Source: Bacteroidota bacterium | Lineage (GTDB): Bacteria > Bacteroidota > Bacteroidia > AKYH767-A > JABDAW01 | Assembly: GCA_013288905.1 (NCBI GenBank) | Contig: JABDAW010000005.1 | Coordinates: forward strand, 1 to 43,268 | DNA length: 43,268 nucleotides | Reading direction: 5' to 3' | Part shown: piece by piece, positions 8,811 to 18,483 of the stretch | How positions within the stretch are numbered: the stretch's first letter is position 1 | Layout of the letters: every line of letters starts with the position of its first letter | Made by a program: the position numbers and the translations under genes | The notes under the pieces: model-generated | The model's database searches: none | What the model was told of the DNA's origin: nothing | Seen by the model: the letters and a program-made list of their open reading frames with translations, nothing else

Positions 8811-9719
8811 ATGGAAACGAATCATAAATCCAACAATGGAAGAAAGGTAGTTATTATAATTATAATAGCTATTCTGCTTGCCGCAAATGGTATCTTGTTG
8901 TGGCAATTCTTTACACAAAAAGAACAAATCACAACAATTACGACCGAGAAAAAGACCGTCATTATGGAGCGTGATGAATTGCAGAAACAAAAGGCTGATT
9001 TGCAAATGCAACTCGATTCATTAGTGGCAATGAATTCTGAACTTACCGGCAAATTAAAGATCAGTGAGGACTCTCTCGCTGTATTGCAGGCAAGGATAAA
9101 CAGCCTGCAATATGTTCAAAGTCAATACTCAGATATGAAGTCTCAATTAGAAAAATTGAAAGCCGAGATGAGTTCTAAGATGGGCGAAATGGCAACTTTA
9201 CAGAAGGAAAATGACGCCTTAAAATCTGATAAGTCTGATCTTACAAATAATCTTAATGACGAAAAATCCAAGGAACAGAAATTAGCTCAAGATAAAGATG
9301 CCCTTGCAAGTAAAGTTGCATTGGGATCTGTGATGCGGGCTGATAATTTCAAAGTTTCTGCTGTGAAGTTTTCTAAGAGCGGCAAGGAATCAGCAGTTAC
9401 CAGTGCCAAGTCCACACAGAAGTTGAAGGTTTGTTTTACTGTGGAAGATAATATGATTGTGGATAAAGGATCCAAAACCATCTATGTCAGAGTGATGGGT
9501 CCCGATAACAAATGTATTACCAATAACAGCCAGACCTTTCAATCCGGCAGCCAGAATCTTCCATACAGCACCAACCAGGATATTAATTATTCGAATCAAA
9601 AGATTGACCAGTGTATCTATTGGGCAAAAGGCTCTACCTACAAGGCTGGTAAGTATTATTGTGAAGTTTATATTGATGGAAATTTGATTGGCAAAAGCAG
9701 TTCAATTGTATTGAAATAA
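8811..9719 (+). CDS. Membrane-anchored coiled-coil protein with C-terminal beta domain
   Basis: N-terminal TM helix, long heptad region, and KLKVCFT..IYVRVMGPD..GKYYCEVY C-domain. Confidence 0.8.
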   Translation: METNHKSNNGRKVVIIIIIAILLAANGILLWQFFTQKEQITTITTEKKTVIMERDELQKQKADLQMQLDSLVAMNSELTGKLKISEDSLAVLQARINSLQYVQSQYSDMKSQLEKLKAEMSSKMGEMATLQKENDALKSDKSDLTNNLNDEKSKEQKLAQDKDALASKVALGSVMRADNFKVSAVKFSKSGKESAVTSAKSTQKLKVCFTVEDNMIVDKGSKTIYVRVMGPDNKCITNNSQTFQSGSQNLPYSTNQDINYSNQKIDQCIYWAKGSTYKAGKYYCEVYIDGNLIGKSSSIVLK

Positions 9720-9740
9720 ACATCAGAAAATACCATTAAC

Positions 9741-9774
9741 AAAAAAGCCGCTCCAGAAATGAAGCGGCTTTTTT
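9741..9774. terminator. Bidirectional Rho-independent terminator
   Basis: AAAAAAGCCGCT-CCAGAAATGA-AGCGGCTTTTTT between convergent genes. Confidence 0.85.
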
Positions 9775-9800
9775 ATTGCCAATGAGGATAAACTATAAAC

Positions 9801-11381
9801 TTATGCTTTATACTTAGGTGTCAATTCCCCAGCTACCTTTTCCAAAATAGCAGCAATTTCATCTGACCATTTTCCTTGTTGAAGTGCCGATAAAGTATCC
9901 TTGTATTTCGCTTCGAGGAAAGCTAAATATTCTACTTCAAATTCTTTTACTCTCTTCAAAGGAACATCTTTCAATAAACCTTTCGTTCCACAATAAAGAA
10001 TCGCAATTTGTCTTTCAACAGTCATTGGAGAGAACTGTGCTTGCTTCAGGATTTCAACGTTACGAGAACCCTTGTCAAGAACTGATTTTGTTGCTGCATC
10101 CAAGTCAGAACCGAACTTAGAGAATGCCTCTAATTCACGGTATTGAGCTTGATCTAACTTCAAAGTTCCGGCAACTTTCTTCATGGATTTAATCTGTGCA
10201 TTACCACCAACCCGTGATACAGAAATACCAACATTAATAGCTGGACGAACCCCTGAATTAAACAAGTTTGTTTCCAAGAATATCTGACCGTCAGTGATAG
10301 AAATTACATTCGTTGGGATGTATGCAGAAACGTCTCCAGCCTGTGTTTCAATAATTGGAAGAGCCGTCAAAGACCCGCCTCCCTTTACAATCGAACGAAT
10401 ACTTTCCGGAATATCATTCATCATCTGGGCAATCTTATCATTGTTATTCACCTTGGCAGCACGCTCCAAAAGACGGCTGTGAAGATAAAATACATCTCCC
10501 GGATAAGCCTCACGACCTGGCGGACGACGCAACAAAAGCGACACCTCACGATAAGCCACCGCTTGCTTCGATAAATCATCATAAACAATCAAAGCCGGTC
10601 GACCGGTATCACGAAAGAATTCCCCAATAGCAGCACCTGCAAGCGGCGCATAAAACTGCATCGGAGAAGGATCAGATGCAGAAGCCGCAAGCACCACAGT
10701 ATAAGGCATTGCGCCATTCTCATCAAGGGTCTTTACGATCTGCGCGATGGTCGAACTCTTCTGTCCGATACCGACATAAATACAGAACACAGGTTGTCCT
10801 TTTTCAAAGAATTCTTTCTGATTGATGATGGTATCAATCGCAACGGCAGTTTTACCCGTCTGACGGTCGCCAATGATCAATTCCCGTTGTCCGCGACCAA
10901 TCGGAATCATCGCATCAATAGCCTTGATTCCAGTCTGCAAAGGTTCATTCACAGGCTGACGATAGATTACTCCGGGAGCCTTCCTTTCGATAGGCATCTC
11001 ATACGTTTTGCCAGTTATAGGTCCCTTCCCGTCAATCGGAGTGCCCAAGGTGTCAATAACCCTTCCCAGCATGCCTTCGCCCACGTTGATGGAAGCGATT
11101 TTGCCGGTACGTTTCACCACATCGCCTTCTTTAATATCATTGGAACTCCCCAATAATACGGCTCCTACATTGTCTTCTTCAAGGTTCAGGGCGATACCTT
11201 TCAAGCCGTTTTCAAATTCAATTAATTCGCCGGATTCCACCTTCGACAAGCCATAGATACGGGCGATTCCGTCACCCACCTGCAGCACCGTCCCCACTTC
11301 TTCCAGTTGGGCTTCGGTCTTAAATCCTGATAATTGTTCTCGAAGTATTGCCGATACTTCATCGGGTCTTATTTCTGCCAT
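9801..11381 (-). CDS. atpA: F1Fo ATP synthase subunit alpha
   Basis: [10 protein letters not shown], Walker [33 protein letters not shown]. Confidence 0.99.
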   Translation of the reverse strand: MAEIRPDEVSAILREQLSGFKTEAQLEEVGTVLQVGDGIARIYGLSKVESGELIEFENGLKGIALNLEEDNVGAVLLGSSNDIKEGDVVKRTGKIASINVGEGMLGRVIDTLGTPIDGKGPITGKTYEMPIERKAPGVIYRQPVNEPLQTGIKAIDAMIPIGRGQRELIIGDRQTGKTAVAIDTIINQKEFFEKGQPVFCIYVGIGQKSSTIAQIVKTLDENGAMPYTVVLAASASDPSPMQFYAPLAGAAIGEFFRDTGRPALIVYDDLSKQAVAYREVSLLLRRPPGREAYPGDVFYLHSRLLERAAKVNNNDKIAQMMNDIPESIRSIVKGGGSLTALPIIETQAGDVSAYIPTNVISITDGQIFLETNLFNSGVRPAINVGISVSRVGGNAQIKSMKKVAGTLKLDQAQYRELEAFSKFGSDLDAATKSVLDKGSRNVEILKQAQFSPMTVERQIAILYCGTKGLLKDVPLKRVKEFEVEYLAFLEAKYKDTLSALQQGKWSDEIAAILEKVAGELTPKYKA

Positions 11382-11421
11382 TTGTTATATATATATTATG
11401 ATTATTTGTTATCTTTTCGGG

Positions 11422-11432
11422 GTGCAAATATA
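11422..11432 (-). promoter_or_regulatory. Bacteroidota sigma-A -7 box upstream of atpA
   Basis: Minus strand TATATTTGCAC matches TAnnTTTG, about 40 nt before the ATG. Confidence 0.65.
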
Positions 11433-11484
11433 GAAAAATAGTTTAAGGTTTAAAGTTATTGCTGGACCTCAAACTTTAAACCTA

Positions 11485-11540
11485 TTGATCCTTTTATTGC
11501 TGCACACCTGAAAATGTGAATGCGGTCATAAAGGATGAAA
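11485..11540. repeat. TCATC...GATGAAA hairpin element, degenerate copy
   Basis: ATCCTTTTATTGCTGCAC..GAAAA..ATGC..TCATAAAGGATGAAA, similar to 17746-17800. Confidence 0.75.
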
Positions 11541-11544
11541 TAAA

Positions 11545-11609
11545 AAAATAAATGAAACCCTCCGATGATACCGATATATCGGGTATCATCGGAGGGTTTC
11601 ATTTATTTT
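11545..11609. repeat. 65-bp near-perfect palindrome
   Basis: AAAATAAATGAAACCCTCCGATGATACCGATA|TATCGG(G)TATCATCGGAGGGTTTCATTTATTTT; one bulged base. Confidence 0.9.
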
Positions 11610-11700
11610 AAAAACATTCAAAAATACTATTGAGGGAATTCCTTTTCAATGATTCTCTTTAATTCAAAATATTGATAGTTATTTATATAATCGAGTAGCT

Positions 11701-11892
11701 TTATTCCTTAAACCTCAAATAATTCAAAGGGTCATTTATCTCCCTTAAAGTCCGGCTATGATTTTGTTGCCTGGTAAGGAGGATTCCTTTTTCATAACAA
11801 ACAATCGCTTCCTATTTCATATTTAATTTCTTGCTGTGCGAATAAGACGTGTAAGTCATTCTTATCGTATTGGAGAGGGTTTTCAAAGAGGT
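11701..11892 (-). pseudogene. Degenerate duplicate of the 3' half of the TPR gene at 13011-13334
   Basis: Translates as *EAIVCYEKGILLTRQQNHSRTLREINDPLNYLRFKE*, versus intact EAIACYEKGILLSKKQNHSRTLREINEALNSLRFEV*. Confidence 0.85.
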
Positions 11893-11917
11893 ATAATTCT
11901 TATCCGAATATGATTCA

Positions 11918-11970
11918 TCATCGTCTTGTTGCCCCGCCGCAAAAGCGGACGGCATCACAAGACGATGAAA
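11918..11970. repeat. TCATC...GATGAAA hairpin element
   Basis: TCATCGTCTTGT-TGCC..CCGC-AAAA-GCGG..GGCA-TC-ACAAGACGATGA. Confidence 0.75.
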
Positions 11971-12030
11971 GAAAAAAATTCCGAATTTGAAACTTTAAAC
12001 TTCAATTGAAATTTAGAAATCATATCGGGG

Positions 12031-12195
12031 AAGCTTTCGGCAAAAACTCAAAAATAGGTAAATGTTTCCAATAAGCTTCCTCCAAACCGCCAGATATACA
12101 TCAATGTACACAATTAGCTTTGGTCAATACCTCAAAAAAAGGTCGATGTTTCGAGGAAGCTTCGCCCAGAAAAACGTTTTTTTGGGCGAAGCTAA
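12031..12195. repeat. 42-bp-period degenerate array, 4 units, last unit palindromic
   Basis: (A/T)AGCTT at 12031/12073/12115/12157. The last unit reads AGCTTCGCCCAGAAAAAC-GTTTTTTTGGGCGAAGCT. CATCTATTCATGT at 12271 and 12313 is also 42 bp apart. Confidence 0.7.
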
Positions 12196-12505
12196 CTCGA
12201 AATTGGGTTTATATTTATTTCGAATTCCGATAGAGACATGCATAAATAGTTTATCAAATAAATAATAAACCATCTATTCATGTGTATATATTTATTTTTT
12301 AAATCAACAAAACATCTATTCATGTATATATGGAATAATCGCCTATTTTCTGACTAAGCCCTCCAAAATCTGTTGGGAATATTTTTTCATTTCCAAGAAA
12401 CCTTCCTATATATGTTGTCTATATTTTATCCCACCCAAATCCCATTTCCCCACCCTTTCCTACTTTTGCCACAAAAAAAATGAAGATGGTTAATGATTAT
12501 TTGGG

Positions 12506-13000
12506 ATGAAAAAAGATAAAGCAGAAGTTACGGACTTCAAAATCTATGTGAAGGATAACTATAAAGCAATGGTTCAGAAAATTGAAGAATTTGAACCTTC
12601 TTTAACAATCGAAACTTGGAAAGGGAACTCTTTTAAACATTCAAAGTTTAATGAATCAGAATTCAATACATATTTATCGGAATTAATACAAAAGAACTTT
12701 AAAGGATTGTATGCATACTTCGTAGAAGGCACTTGTATTTATATTGGCAAATCAAAAGATATAAAAGGACGGTTATTGAAGCATTATCAAGCTTCCCAAA
12801 ATCCTAAAAATTGGACAAGAGGAGAAAAACATATAGAATTATTTAGCAAGCATTACGAGGATACATTAACTGTTTATTGGATTCCTTTAGATGATGAAAA
12901 GGAAGAGCTAGGTGAAGAACTAAGAAAGTATCTTGAAAATATTTTACACCTAATATACAAACCGACTTTTATTTTAATAAAAAAGGTTAAGCACGAATGA
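12506..13000 (+). CDS. GIY-YIG nuclease family protein
   Basis: GLY..x9..YIGKS..I.GRL..H and a C-terminal helix with a catalytic-type Glu (YLEN). TACTTTTG -7 box at 12461. Confidence 0.85.
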   Translation: MKKDKAEVTDFKIYVKDNYKAMVQKIEEFEPSLTIETWKGNSFKHSKFNESEFNTYLSELIQKNFKGLYAYFVEGTCIYIGKSKDIKGRLLKHYQASQNPKNWTRGEKHIELFSKHYEDTLTVYWIPLDDEKEELGEELRKYLENILHLIYKPTFILIKKVKHE

Positions 13001-13010
13001 ACCTTAAACC

Positions 13011-13334
13011 TTAGACTTCAAACCTTAAACTGTTGAGTGCCTCATTAATCTCCCTCAAAGTCCGGCTATGATTTTGTTTCTTAGAAAGGAGGATTCCTTT
13101 TTCATAACAGGCAATCGCTTCCTCTTTCTTGATTAATTTCTCATATAATTTCCCGCAATGGTAATAGGTAGGGAGGTAATCCTCATGGTCATGCAGGAGG
13201 TTTTCAAAGATGGTTAAGGCATCCGAATCTTGTTCCATTTTAAGATATTCCAATGCCAGGGAATACTGTAGGAATGGGTCATTTGGCTCCTCTTTGAGGA
13301 AAGATTTCAGTTGCTCGATACGGTCAGTATTCAT
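13011..13334 (-). CDS. Small tetratricopeptide repeat protein
   Basis: PNDPFLQYSLALEY..YLPTYYHCGKLYE..AIACYEKGI. Confidence 0.9.
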   Translation of the reverse strand: MNTDRIEQLKSFLKEEPNDPFLQYSLALEYLKMEQDSDALTIFENLLHDHEDYLPTYYHCGKLYEKLIKKEEAIACYEKGILLSKKQNHSRTLREINEALNSLRFEV

Positions 13335-13345
13335 AATATAAAATA

Positions 13346-13437
13346 GGAACGCAGATAACGCAGATTATTATGATTAGGTATGATTTCATCAAGAAAAAAT
13401 CATACCTTTTCATAACAATCTGCGTCATCTGCGTTCC
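13346..13437. repeat. MITE/REP-like inverted-repeat element (GGAACGCAGAT...ATCTGCGTTCC); second copy at 40736-40826
   Basis: Long terminal inverted repeats GGAACGCAGATAACGCAGATT / AATCTGCGTCATCTGCGTTCC. Confidence 0.8.
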
Positions 13438-13519
13438 CATCAATCAGTATCATTTTTTATTTATTAGTATTTAATTAAATTTGCGCACCCTAAAGAAAAA
13501 TAAGAGGGGCAAAATTACG

Positions 13520-14257
13520 ATGAAAATTTTAGTTTGTATAAGCCACGTTCCTGATACGACCACAAAAATCAGTTTTATAGAGAATAATTCCAAGTTCAAT
13601 GCCGCAGGAGTGCAGTTTATTATCAATCCTTACGATGAAATTGCCCTTGCCCGCGCCCTTGAATTAATTGAAGGTACTGAAGGCACCGTGACCGTGATTA
13701 ATGTTGGCGATATTTCCACAGAACCCACTATTCGTAAGGCTTTGGCAATAGGTGCTACCGATGCCATTCGTGTCAATGCTGCACCAAGGGATGGATATTT
13801 TGTTGCCACGCAAATAGCTGCTATTGCTAAGGAAATGAACTTCGATTTTATCCTTGCAGGCAGAGAATCTATTGACTATAATGGCGGACAAGTTCCTGCT
13901 ATGATCGCTGAATTATTGGGCATTCCATCCGTTTCGATAGCAAAGAAATTAACAATAGAAGGCACCACCGCAACCATTGACAGAGAGATAGAAGGAGGCA
14001 AGGAAATTGTTTCGATTCCATTTCCATTTGTTGCCGGAGCCAGCGAAGGAATGGCGGAACCCAAGATTCCGAACATGCGCGGCATCATGTCTGCCCGCAC
14101 AAAACCTTTGGTTGTGAAGGAAGCAGTGGCAGTTGATTTATTGCAAGAGATTAAGAGTTATGACACCCCAAAACCTCGTGGCCAGGTGAAGTTGATTTCT
14201 CCTGATAATGCAGGTGAATTGATAGAGTTGTTGCACTCCGAAGCGAAGGTTATTTAA
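13520..14257 (+). CDS. etfB: Electron transfer flavoprotein subunit beta
   Basis: MKILVCISHVPDT, INPYDEIAL, ALAIGA, GRESID motifs. ATG at 13520 is preferred; TAAATTTG promoter box at about 13477. Confidence 0.96.
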   Translation: MKILVCISHVPDTTTKISFIENNSKFNAAGVQFIINPYDEIALARALELIEGTEGTVTVINVGDISTEPTIRKALAIGATDAIRVNAAPRDGYFVATQIAAIAKEMNFDFILAGRESIDYNGGQVPAMIAELLGIPSVSIAKKLTIEGTTATIDREIEGGKEIVSIPFPFVAGASEGMAEPKIPNMRGIMSARTKPLVVKEAVAVDLLQEIKSYDTPKPRGQVKLISPDNAGELIELLHSEAKVI

Positions 14258-14278
14258 TTACAAATAAAGAAAAAGAAT

Positions 14279-15256
14279 ATGTCAGTTTTAGTTTATGCAG
14301 AGAATACCGGAGGACAATTTAAGAAGTCTGTCTATGAATTAATCTCTTATGGAAAAGCCATTGCCGATCTTTTGAAGACGAATCTTTCGGTGGTTTCCAT
14401 CGGGAATGTGAGCGATGTAGACCTTGCCGCTCTTGGGAAATATGGTGCTACCAAAGTTTTGAATTGTGGGAATGAGAAGTTCAAGGATTTTAATTCACAA
14501 GCCTTTGCCTCCATTATCAGTAATGCCGCAACTACTGAAAATGCTGATGTTGTTCTTATCTCGAATTCCTTTGCTGGCAAGGGATTAGCACCACGTGTTG
14601 CTATCAAGTTGAAAGCTTCATTTGCTTCTGGTGCTATTGAATTACCAGAGATAGGTGAAAGTTTTATTGTTAAGACAGGAGCTTACTCTGGAAAGGCTTT
14701 TGCTCATATTGAATTAAAGTCGGATGTGAAAGTTATTTCTTTAAATCCAAACTCTTACAAGGTAATTGAAACAGGAGGAACAGCCGAAGTAGTTAAGGTT
14801 GAATCCTATACAGGCGATGAACATTTCAAATGTGTAGTAAAGGAAATAGTCAGAGCAACTGATAAGATTTCTTTGCCCGATGCAGAGCTTGTCGTCTCTG
14901 GAGGAAGAGGTTTAAAAGGACCGGAGAATTGGGGAATGATTGAAGAGATGGCGAACCTCCTCGGTGCTGCAACTGCCTGTTCTAAGCCAGTTTCGGATGC
15001 TGACTGGAGACCTCATTCAGAACATGTTGGTCAGACTGGAATTGCTATCAGTCCTAATCTTTATCTTGCCGTTGGAATCTCTGGTGCCATTCAGCATTTA
15101 GCTGGCGTAAGTTCTTCCAAGTGTATTGTTGTTATTAATAAGGATGCTGAAGCTCCTTTCTTTAAAGCCGCTGATTACGGCATTGTTGGAGATGCTTTTG
15201 AAGTTGTGCCGAAGTTAATTGAAGCCTTGAAGAAGTTTAAAGCAGCACATAACTAA
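14279..15256 (+). CDS. etfA: Electron transfer flavoprotein subunit alpha
   Basis: VVSGGRG, VGQTG, YLAVGISGAIQH, INKDAEAPFF motifs. Confidence 0.97.
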   Translation: MSVLVYAENTGGQFKKSVYELISYGKAIADLLKTNLSVVSIGNVSDVDLAALGKYGATKVLNCGNEKFKDFNSQAFASIISNAATTENADVVLISNSFAGKGLAPRVAIKLKASFASGAIELPEIGESFIVKTGAYSGKAFAHIELKSDVKVISLNPNSYKVIETGGTAEVVKVESYTGDEHFKCVVKEIVRATDKISLPDAELVVSGGRGLKGPENWGMIEEMANLLGAATACSKPVSDADWRPHSEHVGQTGIAISPNLYLAVGISGAIQHLAGVSSSKCIVVINKDAEAPFFKAADYGIVGDAFEVVPKLIEALKKFKAAHN

Positions 15257-15266
15257 TTTTATCTAA

Positions 15267-15869
15267 ATGAAGAAAGTAAGGTTAGAAGTCGTTGGTTTAT
15301 CTTATAGTCAGACACAATCCGGGGCGTATGCTCTGGTGCTTGGGGAGAAAGGTGGAAAGAGAAGACTTCCCATTATTATCGGGGGCTTTGAAGCACAAGC
15401 AATAGCTATAGAGATTGAGAAGATGACTCCTACAAGACCTTTAACTCATGACTTATTCAAAACCTTTGCTAATTCTTATAATATCGAAATCACCGAGATC
15501 ATAATCTATAACTTGGTGGAAGGCGTTTTCTTTGCCAAATTGGTTTGTAATCGGGAAGGAAAAGAAACCGAGATTGATGCGAGAACCTCTGATGCCATTG
15601 CCATTGCAGTGCGTTTTGATTGTCCGATATATACCTATGAATTCATCCTTAAAGATGCCGGTGTTGTACTCGATGAAGGTGCTGCTGAAGAAGATGAATT
15701 TGCTGAAAAACCATTGAAATTAGATAAGCCTCAATATATCGAGGGCGACCTCACAACCTATACTACTGCTGAACTTAATGAACTTTTGAATAATGCCATC
15801 GAAGAAGAAAATTATGAGAAGGCATCGAAGATTCATGAGGAATTGAATAAGAGAACTAAGTCTCAATAA
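15267..15869 (+). CDS. Bifunctional nuclease family (DUF151) protein with C-terminal UvrB/C motif
   Basis: LPIIIGGFEAQAI, RPLTHDL, IDARTSDAIAIA; AIEEENYEKASKI. Confidence 0.93.
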   Translation: MKKVRLEVVGLSYSQTQSGAYALVLGEKGGKRRLPIIIGGFEAQAIAIEIEKMTPTRPLTHDLFKTFANSYNIEITEIIIYNLVEGVFFAKLVCNREGKETEIDARTSDAIAIAVRFDCPIYTYEFILKDAGVVLDEGAAEEDEFAEKPLKLDKPQYIEGDLTTYTTAELNELLNNAIEEENYEKASKIHEELNKRTKSQ

Positions 15870-15896
15870 GTGTTTTTAAACCCTTAATTTATTACT

Positions 15897-17105
15897 ATGA
15901 ATTCTACATACATCATTGATGGAATCCGCACCCCTGTGGGCAAGCATACCGGTTCCTTATCAAGCATCCGAACAGATGATATGGCGGCACTTGTCATCAA
16001 GGAATTATTGAAGAGAAATCCTAATGTCAATCCTGCAGAGATCAATGAAGTATTTCTTGGTTGTGCCAATCAAGCCGGTGAAGATAATCGTGATGTGGCT
16101 CGCATGGCTTTGCTGCTGGCGGGCATTCCAACCAATGTTGCTGGGGAGACTGTTAATATTTTATGTGCATCCGGAATGGCTGCTGTTATCAATGCTTCCG
16201 GGGCTATTGCTTTGGGGAATGGTGAGCTGATGATTGCCGGTGGCCTGGAGAGCATGACTCGTGCGCCTTTCGCTTTATCGAAGAGTTCACAGGCATTCGG
16301 AAGGAATGTTGAGATATTCGATACAAGTATTGGATGGAGGTTTGTGAATCCTAAGATGAAGAAAATGTATGGCACCGATTCTATGGGAGAAACCGCCGAG
16401 AACGTTGCCGAATTGTATAAAATTAATCGTGAAGATCAGGATATATTTGCATTCAACTCTCATAAGAAAGCAACCGTAGCAATGAACAATGGTCGCTTCA
16501 AAAAAGAGATAATTGCAGTGGAAATTATTCAAGGAAAGAAAGCCCCTGTGGTCTTTGACCATGATGAATTCATCAAGCCGGATACTACTCTTGAAACCTT
16601 ATCAAAACTGAAACCTGCCTTCAGAGAAAATGGAAGCGTTACTGCTGGGAATTCTTCCGGTATTAATGATGGAAGTGCCGCTCTGCTATTGGCTTCTGAA
16701 GAAGGTATTAAGAAAAATAATCTCAAGCCATTGGCAAGAATTGTTTCATCGGCAGTGGTGGGAGTGGAGCCAAGAATCATGGGAATCGGTCCTGTAAGTG
16801 CTTCTAATCTTGCATTGAAAAGAGCGGGTTTGACATTCGCTGATATTAATATTATTGAACTCAATGAAGCCTTCGCAGCACAAAGTCTTGCCTGCATTCG
16901 TGAATGGAAATTAGAAGATAATGACCCTCGCATTAACCCTAATGGCGGGGCAATTGCTATCGGGCATCCGCTTGGAATGTCTGGTTCGAGATTGATTCTT
17001 ACTGCTGCTTTAGAGCTTCGGGAACGTAATGAGAAATATGCTCTCTGCACCATGTGTGTCGGTGTGGGACAAGGCTATGCAGTCATTATCGAGAATGTAA
17101 ATTAG
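15897..17105 (+). CDS. pcaF: Acetyl-CoA C-acyltransferase / 3-oxoadipyl-CoA thiolase (PcaF/PaaJ-like)
   Basis: GCANQAGEDNR, LCASG, NEAFAAQ, GHPLG, CVGVGQG motifs. Confidence 0.85.
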   Translation: MNSTYIIDGIRTPVGKHTGSLSSIRTDDMAALVIKELLKRNPNVNPAEINEVFLGCANQAGEDNRDVARMALLLAGIPTNVAGETVNILCASGMAAVINASGAIALGNGELMIAGGLESMTRAPFALSKSSQAFGRNVEIFDTSIGWRFVNPKMKKMYGTDSMGETAENVAELYKINREDQDIFAFNSHKKATVAMNNGRFKKEIIAVEIIQGKKAPVVFDHDEFIKPDTTLETLSKLKPAFRENGSVTAGNSSGINDGSAALLLASEEGIKKNNLKPLARIVSSAVVGVEPRIMGIGPVSASNLALKRAGLTFADINIIELNEAFAAQSLACIREWKLEDNDPRINPNGGAIAIGHPLGMSGSRLILTAALELRERNEKYALCTMCVGVGQGYAVIIENVN

Positions 17106-17720
17106 ATGGCAAACATCTTTGAATTCAAGGGCATCAAGCCTGTCATTCATCCCTCGGCTTTTATTCATCCTAATGCTGCCGTTACCGGAAATGTCGTTAT
17201 CGGAAAGGATGTGTACATAGGTCCTGGTGCGGCATTGCGGGGTGATTGGGGAAGGATAATTATTGAAGATGGCTGCAATGTACAGGAGAACTGCACGGTT
17301 CACATGTTTCCTGGCTTGACTGTTACTTTGAAAGAGGGTGCTCACATCGGGCATGGTGCGGTAATTCATGGTTCTACGATAGGCAAGAATGTTTTGGTGG
17401 GCATCAATGCAGTGATTATGGATCATGTCGTTATTGGTGATAATTGCATCATCGGAGCCTTGACTTTTATTCCGGAAGGAGCTATTATTCCAGAAAGAAA
17501 AGTGGTGGTGGGCAATCCTTATAAAATCATTAAAGATGTCAGCGATGATATGCTTGAATGGAAAACCAATGGCACTGCATTATACCAAGCCCTTCCAAAA
17601 GATTGCCATGAGACCTTGAAGCCTTGCAAACCACTTCGTTCCATTCCAAAAGATAAGGATGGGATTACAAATCCAGTCCATCCTGATTACAAGACTTGGA
17701 AGGAAGCCAAGAAGAAATAG
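17106..17720 (+). CDS. paaY: PaaY/CaiE-like gamma-carbonic-anhydrase-family hexapeptide-repeat protein
   Basis: LRGDWG, NVQENC.VH, HIGHGAVIHG motifs; follows a PaaJ-like thiolase. Confidence 0.8.
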   Translation: MANIFEFKGIKPVIHPSAFIHPNAAVTGNVVIGKDVYIGPGAALRGDWGRIIIEDGCNVQENCTVHMFPGLTVTLKEGAHIGHGAVIHGSTIGKNVLVGINAVIMDHVVIGDNCIIGALTFIPEGAIIPERKVVVGNPYKIIKDVSDDMLEWKTNGTALYQALPKDCHETLKPCKPLRSIPKDKDGITNPVHPDYKTWKEAKKK

Positions 17721-17745
17721 AAATAATTTATTCCGTTAATCTTTC

Positions 17746-17800
17746 TTCATCCTTTTATTGCTGCACCCCGAAAAGGGGCATGCAATCATAAAAGGATGAA
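17746..17800. repeat. TTCATC...GATGAA hairpin element
   Basis: 13-bp stem TTCATCCTTTTAT/ATAAAAGGATGAA enclosing TGCA-CCCC-GAAAA-GGGG-CA-TGCA. Confidence 0.8.
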
Positions 17801-17911
17801 AGAAACGATTCCCATGTCACATCCCTGACAGGTGGGAAAATTTCACTACCGTGAATGGCAGTACGACAGCAGCAGGGATTTATTCCCTTTCCTAAACATC
17901 CCACATTCACT

Positions 17912-17951
17912 TTTACCCCTCTCCCCTTTGGAGAGGGGCAAGGGGTGAGGC
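17912..17951. repeat. BoxC/REP-like element; second copy at 37968-38006
   Basis: TTTACCCCTCTCCC(C)TTTGGAGAGGGGCAAGG(G/A)GTGAGGC present twice. Confidence 0.85.
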
Positions 17952-17991
17952 TTCTTCCCGAAATCTTCCAAGGTTTCGGGATTTTCTTTTT

Positions 17992-18244
17992 AGGTCTATG
18001 ACGAATCATGAAACGTCCGATAGCAATCATGAAAGGTTTTACCCGAATCATGATACGTTTTTAAAAGTTTCAAAAAACGTCCCCGACCTTTCCCTATTCG
18101 TATCCGACCTCTCACAACACGTCACCCACCGTTTCCAATACATACACAACCTCTCCAAAGACATACTCCACCAAAAAAAAGACGTCCTGCACGTCTCCTA
18201 AGACGTTCCCCAAGAAAAAAAAGACGTGTACGACGAATCATCAT
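17992..18244. repeat. 21-bp-period degenerate array, about 12 units
   Basis: AATCATGA three times at 21-bp spacing. ACGT/ACAT/TCGT cores at 18077, 18098, 18119, 18140, 18161, 18182, 18203 and 18224. Confidence 0.7.
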
Positions 18245-18359
18245 TCCTATAAAACCTTTGATTCTTCGTAGATACACGTCTTACGATACATCTAAAACAC
18301 CTCAATTATCATAGTTTACCGCCTATAAATCAATGCTTTACGCTCAATTCAATAAATCC

Positions 18360-18413
18360 AAACTTTACTAAAGTTTTTCACTTTGGTAAAACTCCAAATC
18401 CACTTCAATAAAA
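18360..18413. repeat. Left direct repeat (AACTTTACTAAAGTT palindromes) flanking the YhcG-like gene
   Basis: AAACTTTACTAAAGTTTTT..ACTTT.GTAAA..CACTT.AATAAAA matches 19633-19687. Confidence 0.8.
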
Positions 18414-18483
18414 TGAAGAGGATTTTTTGTTGAAAGAATATCGAAATCGTTTTAGTAGTTTCGCACCTTAATAAAATTGCAAC

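Noticed and set aside
12062-12265. 67-aa ORF
   Set aside because: It coincides with the 42-bp array and has no protein-like features.
13481-13519. Extended TTG start for etfB; likewise the 19738 start for the T9SS gene
   Set aside because: Both extensions overlap TAnnTTTG promoter boxes. Family-typical starts are at 13520 and 19789.
17755-18201. 98-aa (-) and 67-aa (+) ORFs
   Set aside because: They are translations of REP/BoxC-like elements (SLTPCPSPKGRG) and of the 21-bp array.
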